Source: Candidatus Harrisonbacteria bacterium
Lineage (GTDB): Bacteria > Patescibacteriota > Minisyncoccia > UBA6257 > 02-FULL-45-10c
Length of the DNA stretch: 64,000 nt
Assembly: GCA_016192685.1 (NCBI GenBank)
Contig: JACPTS010000001.1
Coordinates: 394,628-458,627 of the forward strand
Reading direction: 5' to 3'
Both the position numbers and the translations under genes were made by a program. The notes below the pieces were generated by a model. The model was not told where the DNA came from. It did not search any database and saw only the letters and a list, made by a program, of their open reading frames with translations. Below, one piece after another: positions 38,383 through 52,674 of this stretch. The first letter of the stretch is position 1; the number at the start of each line of letters is the position of its first letter.

Positions 38383-39654
38383 ATGCATAGTTTCAAAAAA
38401 TACATTTTCACTAACGGCCTCCGAGTGGTATTGGTGCCGCAGCCGGAGAGTTTGGCGACCACGGTTTTGGTATTGGTGGAAGCCGGCTCCAAATACGAAA
38501 AAAAGGAAATCAACGGCATTTCCCATTTTTTAGAGCATCTTTGCTTTAAGGGGACAAAAAAACGGCCAACCGCTCTAGCAATTTCTTCGGAAATGGAATC
38601 AATGGGCGCGGTTTCCAACGCTTTTACCGGCCATGAAGCAACCGGCTATTATTCCAAAGTCCGTTCGGAAAATTTGGATACGATTTTGGATATTATTTCC
38701 GATATTTATTTGAATCCGGTGTTTAACGCGGAAGAAATTGAAAAAGAAAAAGGAGTGATTATTGAAGAATTAAATATGTATGAGGATACGCCGACCAGGA
38801 AAGTCAGCGATCTTTTTATGGAGCTGGTGTACGGCGATCAGCCGGCTGGCTGGGATATTGGCGGCACTAAAGAAGTAATCCGTTCTTTGCGGCGGGAAGA
38901 TATTGTTAAATACCGCAGCCAGCATTATGTTGCTAAGGCCACAACCGTAGTAGTGGCCGGCGCTTTTGACGATAAAAAAACGCTTTTAAAAATTAAGGAA
39001 TTATTTAAGGGAATCCAGGCCGATAAAAAGTTTTCTAAATTAAAAACAGTTGACTCTCAAAATAAGCCGGCAGTTTTAGTGCACCACAAAGCTTCGGACC
39101 AAACCCATATTGTTTTGGGATTCAGGGCTTTTAGCATGTACGATAAACGGCGATTTGTCCTGGAAGTTTTAGGCGATATTTTGGGAGGCGGAATGAGCTC
39201 CCGGCTTTTTCAGCGGGTGCGGGAACAGCTTGGGGCGGCTTATTATGTCCGAGCCGGTTCGGATTTGCTGACAGACCATGGCCTTTTCGCGGTTTCCGCC
39301 GGACTGGATAATCGCCGGGCCGACGCGGTTATCAAGGCAATTTTGGAAGAGCTTAAAAAAATCAGCACTTATAAAGTCAGCGAGACCGAGCTGCAAAAGG
39401 CCAAAAATCATTTAAGCGGGACAATGATGATTGGTTTAGAAACCTCGGATGAACTGGCTAGTTTTTATGGCCAGCAGGAATTATTCCATAAGGACATTCT
39501 GTCGCCTAAAGATGTGCTTAAAAAAATAGAATCGGTTAGCGCTAAGGAAGTTTTAAAAGTAGCCCAAGATATCATTAAAAACGAACATTTAAATCTTGCC
39601 CTTATCGGCCCGTTTAAAGATAAAAAGCCATTTGAGAAAATTTTGCGGCTTTAG
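38383..39654 (+). CDS. M16-family zinc metallopeptidase (pitrilysin-like)
   Basis: Inverted zinc motif HFLEHLCFKGT. Confidence 0.8.
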   Translation: MHSFKKYIFTNGLRVVLVPQPESLATTVLVLVEAGSKYEKKEINGISHFLEHLCFKGTKKRPTALAISSEMESMGAVSNAFTGHEATGYYSKVRSENLDTILDIISDIYLNPVFNAEEIEKEKGVIIEELNMYEDTPTRKVSDLFMELVYGDQPAGWDIGGTKEVIRSLRREDIVKYRSQHYVAKATTVVVAGAFDDKKTLLKIKELFKGIQADKKFSKLKTVDSQNKPAVLVHHKASDQTHIVLGFRAFSMYDKRRFVLEVLGDILGGGMSSRLFQRVREQLGAAYYVRAGSDLLTDHGLFAVSAGLDNRRADAVIKAILEELKKISTYKVSETELQKAKNHLSGTMMIGLETSDELASFYGQQELFHKDILSPKDVLKKIESVSAKEVLKVAQDIIKNEHLNLALIGPFKDKKPFEKILRL

Positions 39655-39713
39655 GAAACAAATAAGCTTATTTTCTCGTTGTAATCAGTAATTGATTACT
39701 ATAATATAAAAGC

Positions 39714-40733
39714 ATGGAAAAATCTTTAGATATCACTTGGACGGGCCTTTGGCGGCTGGCTGGAATGATTATTTTAGCCAGTGTTTTTTATTACGCGTTG
39801 GATGTTTGGGTAGCGGTTTTGCTGGCTATTGTTATTTCTTCCGCTTTAGATGCTTCGGTTAGCTGGCTGGAGAAGAAAAAGATACCAAGAATTGTCGGCA
39901 CCCTTGCTATTTATATATTGTTGGTTTTGGCGATTGCCTTAATTTTATATGCCATTGTACCGGTAGCCCTAGGCGAACTTTCCAGTCTTTTAAAAAGTAT
40001 TGGGAAATTAGACGGAACCGCTCTTGGCTTGGAAGAGGCAAGCCGGATTATCGCGGTAGTTAATGAAAGCCTAACCAGAGTCACCAATCTTCTTTTAAGC
40101 GGCAATATTTCTTTTATGGATATTTTATCTAAGTTTATTGGCGGAGTTTCTCTCGCGATAGCGGTTTTTGTGCTTTCTTTTTATCTGACCGTTGATCGGG
40201 ATGGAGTGGAGAAATTTTTATTGGAAGTAATGCCGACTGGCTATGAAGATAAAGTGTTGGAGGTTTATTACCGGACCAGGGTCAAGATTGGGCAATGGCT
40301 TTATGGGCAATTGCTTTTAAGTTTGTCGGTAGGTACCGCGGTTTTCTTCGGCCTTTGGTTTATCGGCGTGAAATATAGTTTGGTGCTTGGAATTTTAGCC
40401 GGTTTGCTGGAAATTGTTCCTTATGTCGGGCCGATTTTAAGCGGCTTGATTGCTTTTCTGATTGCCGCCTCTGATTCTTTGGTAATCGGCCTTTACGTCT
40501 TGGCTCTTTTTATTTTAATTCAGCAGGCAGAAGGGACTTTGCTGGTGCCGCTTTTAATGCGTCTTACCACCAGCGTTCATCCGGCCGCGGTTTTAATTTC
40601 TCTTTTAGTCGGAGCAAGAATTTTCGGTTTTGTCGGAATTATTTTAGCCGTGCCGATTGCGGTTATGGCGCAGGAATTAATGGAAAGCTGGGCAAATGAG
40701 AAGACCAAGCGTAAAACTTCTTCTCTGGCGTAA
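39714..40733 (+). CDS. AI-2E family transporter (UPF0118/PerM-like)
   Basis: 8-TM, 339-aa protein with the characteristic topology and a conserved C-terminal region. Confidence 0.55.
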   Translation: MEKSLDITWTGLWRLAGMIILASVFYYALDVWVAVLLAIVISSALDASVSWLEKKKIPRIVGTLAIYILLVLAIALILYAIVPVALGELSSLLKSIGKLDGTALGLEEASRIIAVVNESLTRVTNLLLSGNISFMDILSKFIGGVSLAIAVFVLSFYLTVDRDGVEKFLLEVMPTGYEDKVLEVYYRTRVKIGQWLYGQLLLSLSVGTAVFFGLWFIGVKYSLVLGILAGLLEIVPYVGPILSGLIAFLIAASDSLVIGLYVLALFILIQQAEGTLLVPLLMRLTTSVHPAAVLISLLVGARIFGFVGIILAVPIAVMAQELMESWANEKTKRKTSSLA

Positions 40734-40764
40734 AAGCGGTCGCCTAAGGCGACCGCTTTTTTAA
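40732..40764 (+). terminator. rho-independent terminator
   Basis: AAAAGCGGTCGCCtaaGGCGACCGCTTTTTT. Confidence 0.75.
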
Positions 40765-40791
40765 TTCATTTTTTTGTTTTAATATCAGATT

Positions 40792-42234
40792 ATGAATAAA
40801 TTTTATATAACAACTTCTATTGCCTATGTTAACGCGCCGCCCCATCTTGGTTTTGCTTTGGAATCGGTGCAGGCGGATGTTTTGGCGCGCTGGCATCGCC
40901 AGCAAGGCGATGAGGTATTTTTTTTAACCGGCACGGATGAGCATGGGGCCAAAATTGTCCGCGCTGCTGAAGCGGCCGGAAAAACATCGAAAGAATTAAC
41001 GGATGAAAATTCAGAAAATTTTAAAGCTTTAAAATCCGCGCTTAATTTATCGTGGGATAATTTTATTAGGACTTCTGACCAAAAGGTTCATTGGCCAGTG
41101 GCACAGGAGCTATGGAAAAGATTGGAAAAAGCCAGCGATTTATATAAAAAAACCTATCAAGGGCTATATTGCGTTGGTCATGAGGCATTTGTTACTCAAA
41201 AGGATTTGGAAAATGGAAAATGCCGCGACCATCAAAAAGAGCCGGAAGCGCTGGAGGAAGAAAATTGGTTTTTTCGGCTTTCTAAATATACCAAAGATAT
41301 AGAAATAAGAATTAAGAATGAAGAATTAAGAATTATGCCGGAGACCAGAAAAAATGAAATTTTATCGTTTTTAAGCGACGGGCTGGAAGATATCAGTTTT
41401 TCCAGGCCGGCTAAAGATTTATCCTGGGGCGTGCCAGTGCCGAATGACCCGAGTCAGACAATGTATGTTTGGGCAGACGCGCTTGCCAATTATATTAGCG
41501 GCAAAGACGGAATTAAAAAATGGGAGGAACATCCGGCAGATATTCATTTAATCGGCAAAGATATTTTGCGGTTTCACGCCGCAATTTGGCCGGCCATGTT
41601 GCTTTCGGCGGGGCTTCCGCTGCCTAAAGCCATTTATGTCCACGGCCATATTTTAGTTGACGGGGAAAAGATGTCTAAAACCGTTGGCAATGTAATAGAT
41701 CCATTTGAGCTGGTTAAAAAATACGGAGTTGATCCGGTGCGTTATTTTCTTTTGCGGGAAATTCCATCCGGAGAAGACGGCGATTTTAGTTATAAAAAAT
41801 TTGAAGAGCGGTATAATGGCGATTTAGCCAATGGGCTTGGAAATTTTGCGGCTCGCGTTTTAACGCTAGCCAGCAAAGAGAAAAAATTAGGGGGTAAGGC
41901 GGAAGAGGGTATTGGTGGAAAAATAGAAGCTGCTAAAGCAGCCGTATTGAGAAAAACCGAAGAGTTTAAATTAAATGAAGCCTTAGAAGCGCTTTGGAGT
42001 TTAATCCATTTTGGCGACCAATATGTGAATGAGAAAAAGCCGTGGGACAAAGAACAAACGACTGACGACCAACGACTAACAACAATTTATAATGCCGTGG
42101 TAATTTTGGATAATGTGGCGGCAATGCTGGCGCCGTTTTTGCCGGCCACCGCGGAGAAAATTACCGATTCAATTCACTGGTCTGACGGCAAATTAGAAAT
42201 AAAAAAAGGCGAAGTTTTGTTTCCTCGCCTGTGA
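40792..42234 (+). CDS. metG: methionyl-tRNA synthetase (short form)
   Basis: HIGH-region (TTSIAYVNAPPHLGFA) and KMSKT motif. It contains two in-frame heptamer repeat tracts (41307-41334 and 42058-42085). Confidence 0.85.
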   Translation: MNKFYITTSIAYVNAPPHLGFALESVQADVLARWHRQQGDEVFFLTGTDEHGAKIVRAAEAAGKTSKELTDENSENFKALKSALNLSWDNFIRTSDQKVHWPVAQELWKRLEKASDLYKKTYQGLYCVGHEAFVTQKDLENGKCRDHQKEPEALEEENWFFRLSKYTKDIEIRIKNEELRIMPETRKNEILSFLSDGLEDISFSRPAKDLSWGVPVPNDPSQTMYVWADALANYISGKDGIKKWEEHPADIHLIGKDILRFHAAIWPAMLLSAGLPLPKAIYVHGHILVDGEKMSKTVGNVIDPFELVKKYGVDPVRYFLLREIPSGEDGDFSYKKFEERYNGDLANGLGNFAARVLTLASKEKKLGGKAEEGIGGKIEAAKAAVLRKTEEFKLNEALEALWSLIHFGDQYVNEKKPWDKEQTTDDQRLTTIYNAVVILDNVAAMLAPFLPATAEKITDSIHWSDGKLEIKKGEVLFPRL

Positions 42235-42249
42235 AAATTGCGGAAAAGT

Positions 42250-42915
42250 TCAATAGTTGATGGCTGTTCGGCTGCGGAAACGGTTGATTTCCGGATTATC
42301 CAGGAACCACCGGATTGCTGTTTCTGTTTCTTGAATAAGGGAAACTATTTCTTCGGCCCTGGATTTTTTATTCCCGCGGAATAAATTTCTTATTTTTTTG
42401 ATAAACGGCGGATAAATTGTTTGGGAATATCTTTCATTAAAAATCTCCTTCCGTTCTTTTAAGAATCCTTTTTGGATAACGGATTTTAGAGTTTCTCCGG
42501 CTACCGCGTCCACGATCATTTTTTCACCTCTTAAAATTTGAAGATCGGCCGGATCGCCGGCGGTTTTGGTAAGATTAAAAAGAGTTACTTCTATCCGATA
42601 GTTTAGAGTTTTTATGCCAAAGAGTTTTTCATTTTCCGAAGCGGTTTCGCTGCGCGCGATGGAAAGCCAAACAGCAGAATCTAATTTTCCCAGCGGCAGA
42701 ATGGCATTCAGATAATCTCCCGGCACTTTGTAGATATTAAAGAGAGCGGTTTCTTTCGGGCGAAAGCAATAAACATCCCGGTGTTTAAAAAGATTTTCCG
42801 GAATTTTGGCAAAGAATTGGAAAATACCCTCATCAATATCCGCTTCCATTTTTTCGGATAATTTTTCAAGGTAGCTAAGGATGGGGTCGGGGTTTTCCAT
42901 GCCGTGGGCGGCCAC
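42250..42915 (-). CDS. hypothetical protein
   Basis: 221-aa ORF with no recognisable motif. Confidence 0.45.
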   Translation of the reverse strand: MAAHGMENPDPILSYLEKLSEKMEADIDEGIFQFFAKIPENLFKHRDVYCFRPKETALFNIYKVPGDYLNAILPLGKLDSAVWLSIARSETASENEKLFGIKTLNYRIEVTLFNLTKTAGDPADLQILRGEKMIVDAVAGETLKSVIQKGFLKERKEIFNERYSQTIYPPFIKKIRNLFRGNKKSRAEEIVSLIQETETAIRWFLDNPEINRFRSRTAINY

Positions 42916-42957
42916 TTTTTTATTACTGATTTATATATTAAACTAAAACTTATTTTT

Positions 42958-47133
<4,176 letters not shown>

Positions 47134-47169
47134 AAGCGGTGAAACGAGCCAGAGAAATATTTTAAAAAT

Positions 47170-47200
47170 TGAATCCGTCCCATGAGGGCGGATTTTTTTA
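47170..47200 (+). terminator. rho-independent terminator
   Basis: AATCCGTCCCatgaGGGCGGATTTTTTT. Confidence 0.75.
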
Positions 47201-47432
47201 AGCTCCGCCCGTCTGCATATCGATACTGGCATTTATTTTGAAAATGCCGCTCCGCCGAATTGTCTATGAGAACCGCGGTTCTCGCACTCCAGCGGCGCGA
47301 GCCCGCTACGCCTCGGCGTCAAAAGTCGCCTTTGGCGACACCAATCTTTTGACGCCTCCGTAGTTTCTCTACGACAACTCGGCAGATCGGCTTTCATAGT
47401 TGTCGCACGACAAACAGGCGGGGCTTTGCGTA
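47201..47432. other. GC-rich, hairpin-dense intergenic element of unknown function (possible ncRNA or repeat element)
   Basis: About 58% GC in an AT-rich genome. Multiple perfect stems (GGCGTCAAAAG...CTTTTGACGCC, CGACAACT...AGTTGTCG, GAGAACCGCGGTTCTC). Shares GCCCGCTACGC with the element at 56.9 kb. Confidence 0.4.
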
Positions 47433-47436
47433 ACAT

Positions 47437-47465
47437 TTGACATATTAGGATTTATATATTATACT
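47437..47465 (+). promoter_or_regulatory. near-consensus sigma-70 promoter for the 47512 gene
   Basis: TTGACA, 17 nt, TATACT. Followed by SD GAGGAGG. Confidence 0.6.
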
Positions 47466-47511
47466 ACTCTAAGTTCCTAAGAAGCAAATACGAGGCGAGG
47501 AGGTAGTAAAA

Positions 47512-47886
47512 ATGAAAATAGAATTAAAGGGAAGGGTAATAGAAATAAATAATCCGCTAGTTAAGGAAGGTTATGCTCCTAACGATTTAATATCGAAGCT
47601 AAAGAAAGCCGGTTGGGATTATGTAGGAAATTTTACAGGAATGGGCCTAGGTGGATGTGCATTAGTGAATAGCCCTGACGACTTATGCACCATTAAGTAC
47701 TGTATCACCGTACTAGACGTACAGTCTAGAAAAATCTTTACAATAGAAGGATACGGATTTGATAGCTTGCTGATAGATGCCGGAACTGAAGTGGAGAAAA
47801 AGAATAAGTTTGGGGGCTATCATTTGACTAAAAAACCGAAAGATAAAAACGATAGGCTTTTTCGCATAAATATTGAAGCTAAGTAA
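47512..47886 (+). CDS. hypothetical small protein (probably highly expressed)
   Basis: 124-aa ORF with a strong promoter, a strong SD and its own terminator. No known domain. Confidence 0.55.
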   Translation: MKIELKGRVIEINNPLVKEGYAPNDLISKLKKAGWDYVGNFTGMGLGGCALVNSPDDLCTIKYCITVLDVQSRKIFTIEGYGFDSLLIDAGTEVEKKNKFGGYHLTKKPKDKNDRLFRINIEAK

Positions 47887-47925
47887 ATTTAATAATTCTT
47901 TTCTTAACTCCTTTCCAAACAAAAC

Positions 47926-47950
47926 CCCAACCTCTACGGCTGGGGTTTTT
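47926..47950 (+). terminator. rho-independent terminator
   Basis: CCCCAacctctacggcTGGGG followed by TTTTT. Confidence 0.7.
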
Positions 47951-48222
47951 CATTTCTTATAACAACCTAACTATAAAAATGATTAGCCAGTATGTTTCGT
48001 AAAAATTAAATACTCTAGCTACTTATTAAAATTAAGCAATCGCGAGAACTCTTTTTGAAAAGGCAACATGCAAAATACCTTCTGGAGCGAAGCCCGACCG
48101 AGCACATAATATTTATGTGCTCGGGAGAGCCCCGCACAGCGGGGCGTGGCGAGAGGGGTTGAGGAGCGAAGCGACGAAATCGCCCGAGCGGAAGTGCTGT
48201 TGCCGTTTAAAAAGAGTTTGAG

Positions 48223-49263
48223 CTACTTTCTTTCCGCCAGCACCACTTTAATCTTCGTCGGTTTTCCGAAACGGAGAATTTTCATATTTAAGACGTCTCC
48301 CACCGCCAGTTCTTCCAGGAAATCTTGGATAGTTTTTCCCATGGTTAATTTTTCGCCATTGCATTCCAAAATAATATCTTTTTCTTTAAGGCCGGCTTGA
48401 TGGGCGGGGGTTCCGGGAATGACGGCTTCATGATGCGGCCCTTTGCCGGCAACGATGGCGCCGTAATTTACCGGTAATCCCATTTTTTCTTTTAAATTGT
48501 CGTCAATGTTTAAGTAGCGCAGTCCCAAGAGCGGCCGCCGCACCCGGCCGTATTTTTTTAAATCTTCCAAATCGCGTTTAGCGTAATTTATAGGAATAGC
48601 AAAACCGACATTTTGAGCGCCAAAAACAATAGCCGCGTTAATGCCGATTACCTCGCCGCTTAAGTTTATTAACGGCCCTCCGGAATTTCCCGGATTGATT
48701 GCCGCATCGGTTTGGATAAGGCCTCGCAATTCCTGAATCGGTTCTTTAGGGTCGGGTTTCGCGGCAATGGAACGGGACAAGCCGGAAATAATCCCTTTGG
48801 ACACGGTATTATTAAACAAGCCAAGCGTATTGCCGATGGCCAGCACTTCTTCGCCCAGTTCCAAACCAGTGGATTCTCCTAATTTCGCGACTAGAAGATT
48901 TTTCGCGTTAATTTTTAAAATCGCCACGTCATCAACCGGATCTCGGGCGGCAATTTCCGCTTTATATTTTTTCCCATCGCTGGCAATAACCGTATATTCG
49001 GCATTGGCATCGGAAACCACGTGTTTATTGGTCAGGATAATGCCGCTAGCGTCAACGATAAAGCCGGAGCCGCCGCCGACCTGCACCATTCCCCGGGCGT
49101 CAATTTTATCTTCGGGAATTTTTAAATCCGGCATCCCAAAAGGCATGAGCGGCATCAGCTCCGCCGGCAATTCTTTTTCAATCTCTTCTAAACTTTTGGA
49201 AATGATAATTGAAATCACGGCTGGCATCACTTTTTTAATAACTTTAGTAGGATTGGTAGCCAT
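48223..49263 (-). CDS. htrA: HtrA/DegP-family serine protease with PDZ domain
   Basis: Catalytic Ser motif GNSGGPLINLSGEVIGIN, a His/Asp region and a C-terminal PDZ. Confidence 0.85.
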   Translation of the reverse strand: MATNPTKVIKKVMPAVISIIISKSLEEIEKELPAELMPLMPFGMPDLKIPEDKIDARGMVQVGGGSGFIVDASGIILTNKHVVSDANAEYTVIASDGKKYKAEIAARDPVDDVAILKINAKNLLVAKLGESTGLELGEEVLAIGNTLGLFNNTVSKGIISGLSRSIAAKPDPKEPIQELRGLIQTDAAINPGNSGGPLINLSGEVIGINAAIVFGAQNVGFAIPINYAKRDLEDLKKYGRVRRPLLGLRYLNIDDNLKEKMGLPVNYGAIVAGKGPHHEAVIPGTPAHQAGLKEKDIILECNGEKLTMGKTIQDFLEELAVGDVLNMKILRFGKPTKIKVVLAERK

Positions 49264-49310
49264 AAAATAATTTTAACACAAGTTATCTGTTATTAGTTAT
49301 TGGTTAATTG

Positions 49311-51932
49311 TTACTTACGGTATAGCCACTTACCCAATTCAATCGCCGCAATGTTAGAGAATCCCACTCCGGCTACTCCTAATAGCCAAAGCGGCGGCAG
49401 AGGGACGGTTTTTAACAGCATTTGCATTGGCGGAAAATAAATTGAAGCCAGCATCAAGATTAAGCCCGCTCCCACGCCGCTAAGAAGATAAAGATTGGAA
49501 AAGGGATTATATTGAAAAATGCTTTTTTGCAGGCTGCGGACGGAAAAAATCAAAAATAAAGAGTAGGTTCCAAAAGCGGCAAAGATAAAAGTTCTTACAA
49601 TTAACGGGTTAAAGCCTAATTTTAACAGCGTAAAATAGAGCGCGAATAATAAAACGCTGGTGGGAATGCCGATGGCGGCAATTAAAAATTTCATTTCCGG
49701 GTCAATTAGTTTTTTGGGCGATCGTTTTGGTATTTGGAGCAGATGGTCAATGTGGTCTTCAAAAGCCAGGGTAATGGCCGGAAAACTGTCAGTTAAAAAA
49801 TTTACCCAAAGAATTTGGATGGCATTTAGGGGCAGGGCAATGCCGACTAGAAGTGACCCTCCAATCAGTATTAGTTCGTCCAGGACTGAAGAAAGGAGAT
49901 AAACAATTACTTTTCGGATATTTTCCATTGTCCGCCGGCCCTCTTCAATGGCGGCGACAATGGTGTGATAGTTATCGTCCAAAAGCACCAGTTCGGCAAC
50001 GTCCTTGGCGACATCGGTTCCCGAACCCATGGCCACGCCAATATCAGCTTGCTTGAGGCTGGGAGCGTCATTTACCCCATCGCCGGTCATAGCCACTATT
50101 TCCCCGATATCTTGGAAAGCCTTAACGATTTTTAATTTTCCTTCCGGACTGACTCTGGAAACAACGCGCAGTTGCGGCAAGCGGGATTTCAGCTCTTCGG
50201 CATCCATCGCGTCTAATTCCGAACCGTTAATAATATGTTCCGGTTTGGTTGGCAATCCTAATTCTTTTGCCACTGCTTCCGCGGTGCCGCGATGGTCGCC
50301 GGTTACAATTACCGTTTTAATTCCCACTTCTCCTATCCGATGAATAGTATCCCGGACGCCTTTTCGGATTGGGTCAGTAAAAGAAAGAGTTGCCAAGAAT
50401 TGGAAGTCTTCAAATTTATATTTAGCGGTAAGAGCGATTGGCTGATGGCTGTTTATTTCCCGTACGGCGATTCCCAGGACCCGTTCGCCGCTATTCGCCA
50501 TTTTATCTATTTCTTTTAAAATCTGCCGGCGGTTTTCTTCCGGAGTTTGGGTGGAAATTTTAATGAGAATTTCCGGAGCGCCGAAAAGGCAGATATAATT
50601 TTTTCCCTGGTAATCAATGAGGGAAGCGGAAAATTTACTGGCGGAATTAAATGGCCGGTAATTCAATACCGGAATTTCTTTTTTAATTTGATGCGGTAAA
50701 ATGCCGATTTTTACTGCCGCTTTTACCACGGCTGCTTCCAGCGGCCGGCCGACAATCCGCCACTTATCTCTCGGCTCTTTTGGATTTTCAATGACGACAT
50801 CGGAATTGGTGATGGCCAATTTCAGTACTAATTCATCATCGGCCCAGTCATCAAATATTAAAAGGCGGGAAAGATTCATTTTTGCTTCGGTTAAGGTGCC
50901 GGTTTTGTCGGTTAAAATTACCGTGGTGTTTCCCAGAGTTTCGGCCGCGAGCAATTTTCGGATAATGCCGTTCTTTTTTGCCAGGCGCTGGACGCCGATT
51001 GCCAAAATAACCGTCATCGCGATCGGCAGGCCTTCCGGGATGGCAGATACCAAAATGGCCACCGAAGTTAAAAACATTTCCAGCGGCGAGTAACCGACCA
51101 GAACACCGGTAATAAAAATAACCGCTGTTAGGATTAAAAGAATGATGCTGGCTTTAACGCTGAAACTGGTAATGGCTTTTTGAAGCGGGGTTTGTTCCCG
51201 GGTTTGTTCTTTTACCAAGGAGGCGATGCGGCCGATTTCCGTGTTTTCATCAGTGCGGCAGACAACCGCGTTGCCGAATCCCTGCACCACCAGCGTGCCG
51301 CTGAAGATCAGGGATTTTTGGTCTCCAATGGAAGCTTGAAAACTGACTGCTTCAGTCCCTTTATTAACCGGCAGAGCTTCGCCGGTTAAAATTGCTTCGT
51401 CCACCATTAAATCATTGATATAAATCAGCCGGCAGTCGGCTGGCACGCGGTCTCCTTGGGAAACCCGGATAATATCTCCGGGAACCAATTCCTTGGCGTC
51501 AATTTCAATTTCGCGGCTGTCCCGAATCACCCTAACCCGTTCTTCAATGTAACTTTGGAGGTGGGCGAGCGCTTCCTCGGCTTTATTTTCCTGATAAAAT
51601 CCCAATAGGCTGTTAATGATGGCCGCGGCCAGAATAGCAATGGCATCCCGATAATCCTTTAAAAGGACAGTGATAGAACCGGCGATTAATAAAAGGAAAA
51701 TCAGCGGATTTTTGAATTGATTTAAAAGGATTTTTATTCTGGTGGTCTTTTTTTGCCCGTTGATTTCATTTTTACCGAAAATTTTCAATCTTTTTTTGGC
51801 TTCTTCATCGGATAGTCCTTCTTGGGTGGATTCCAATAAATCCAAAACCTCGCCGGTTTTGAGCGCCCAGAAAGATTTATGAACAATGTCTCTGATAATC
51901 ATCTCTTTATTATAACCTTCGCCGCTTGTCAT
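49311..51932 (-). CDS. P-type cation-transporting ATPase (Ca2+/Mg2+-type, P2 family)
   Basis: DKTGTLT phosphorylation motif, TGDHRGTAEAVA, GDGVNDAPSL and 10 TM helices. Start set at MTSGEGYN. The ORF-track extension upstream is a translation of the inverted repeat. Confidence 0.85.
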   Translation of the reverse strand: MTSGEGYNKEMIIRDIVHKSFWALKTGEVLDLLESTQEGLSDEEAKKRLKIFGKNEINGQKKTTRIKILLNQFKNPLIFLLLIAGSITVLLKDYRDAIAILAAAIINSLLGFYQENKAEEALAHLQSYIEERVRVIRDSREIEIDAKELVPGDIIRVSQGDRVPADCRLIYINDLMVDEAILTGEALPVNKGTEAVSFQASIGDQKSLIFSGTLVVQGFGNAVVCRTDENTEIGRIASLVKEQTREQTPLQKAITSFSVKASIILLILTAVIFITGVLVGYSPLEMFLTSVAILVSAIPEGLPIAMTVILAIGVQRLAKKNGIIRKLLAAETLGNTTVILTDKTGTLTEAKMNLSRLLIFDDWADDELVLKLAITNSDVVIENPKEPRDKWRIVGRPLEAAVVKAAVKIGILPHQIKKEIPVLNYRPFNSASKFSASLIDYQGKNYICLFGAPEILIKISTQTPEENRRQILKEIDKMANSGERVLGIAVREINSHQPIALTAKYKFEDFQFLATLSFTDPIRKGVRDTIHRIGEVGIKTVIVTGDHRGTAEAVAKELGLPTKPEHIINGSELDAMDAEELKSRLPQLRVVSRVSPEGKLKIVKAFQDIGEIVAMTGDGVNDAPSLKQADIGVAMGSGTDVAKDVAELVLLDDNYHTIVAAIEEGRRTMENIRKVIVYLLSSVLDELILIGGSLLVGIALPLNAIQILWVNFLTDSFPAITLAFEDHIDHLLQIPKRSPKKLIDPEMKFLIAAIGIPTSVLLFALYFTLLKLGFNPLIVRTFIFAAFGTYSLFLIFSVRSLQKSIFQYNPFSNLYLLSGVGAGLILMLASIYFPPMQMLLKTVPLPPLWLLGVAGVGFSNIAAIELGKWLYRK

Positions 51933-51946
51933 TGTATAACTTTTAA

Positions 51947-52094
51947 TTGCAAAAATAAAATACTCCAACAAGCGGAGTATTTTATTTTTGCGGTGTCTGT
52001 TTGAAAATATCCGAACGGAACTCTCTGGGCTCGGCGGGCGGAATTCCCCCCACACCCCCCTTCCGCCCGCCTCGCTTTGAACCGGAGCGGAAAG
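51947..52094. repeat. left copy of a 149-bp terminal inverted repeat (contains a bidirectional terminator hairpin and a GC-rich palindrome)
   Basis: Reverse complement of 53701-53847 matches with one mismatch. Includes AAAATACTCCaacaagcGGAGTATTTT and GGCGGGCGGAAttccccccacaccccccTTCCGCCCGCC. Confidence 0.85.
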
Positions 52095-52127
52095 GACGAT
52101 TTCAAGTTTTTCTTTGGCGGCAAATTC

Positions 52128-52667
52128 CTAATCAATTTTATCCTTAAAAAACTCCAATGTCGATTTTACAGTGCTACCATCGGATTTGGTTAAAACCGAT
52201 TCCACTTTTCTAAAAACTTCAGCCGGAGGTTGATCTTTTTTATCAATTCTTATTTCTCCGGTTTCGCCAAAAATTAAATGAACTTTTTGTCCATCGCTCT
52301 GTTTATCGCCAATCAGTAAGTGTTGTTCATTGCCTTGCGTTCTTGATTCAACCCAAAGTTTTTCATCTTCGAGACGGTTTATAATTTTTTTCTCGGTTAT
52401 ATATTGCTCAAAGAAATCTATGTATGGTTTTATCCAACTTTCACCGCCCATTGGGAAACCGCTAGTGTCGGACCATAAAGTTCTCGGCTTGCTGGGAAGT
52501 TTAAATTTCCGATAGCGTAGAGATAACAAGCCATCGCCTTTTAGGTTCTGGTCTAAAAATTTCTCAACTTGGTCTTTAGTTTCAGTAAGCTCCGTAGATA
52601 AGAGTAAATTCTCGGCGATGGCTTGAGATTTCGATTTTATCAATTTTATGATTTCTTCTTCGTTCAT
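52128..52667 (-). CDS. hypothetical protein (cargo of the IR-flanked cassette)
   Basis: 179-aa ORF, no recognisable domain. Confidence 0.5.
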   Translation of the reverse strand: MNEEEIIKLIKSKSQAIAENLLLSTELTETKDQVEKFLDQNLKGDGLLSLRYRKFKLPSKPRTLWSDTSGFPMGGESWIKPYIDFFEQYITEKKIINRLEDEKLWVESRTQGNEQHLLIGDKQSDGQKVHLIFGETGEIRIDKKDQPPAEVFRKVESVLTKSDGSTVKSTLEFFKDKID

Positions 52668-52674
52668 ATTATCT

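Noticed and set aside
47201-47432. SRP RNA, 6S RNA or tmRNA identity for the GC-rich element
   Set aside because: None of the conserved motifs are present (SRP domain IV GGAAGCAGCCAAGG, tmRNA tRNA-like ends, 6S central bubble architecture).
47233-47436. 67-aa minus-strand ORF inside the GC-rich element
   Set aside because: Arg/Pro/Ala-rich translation typical of GC-rich non-coding DNA. No start context. It overlaps multiple perfect hairpins.
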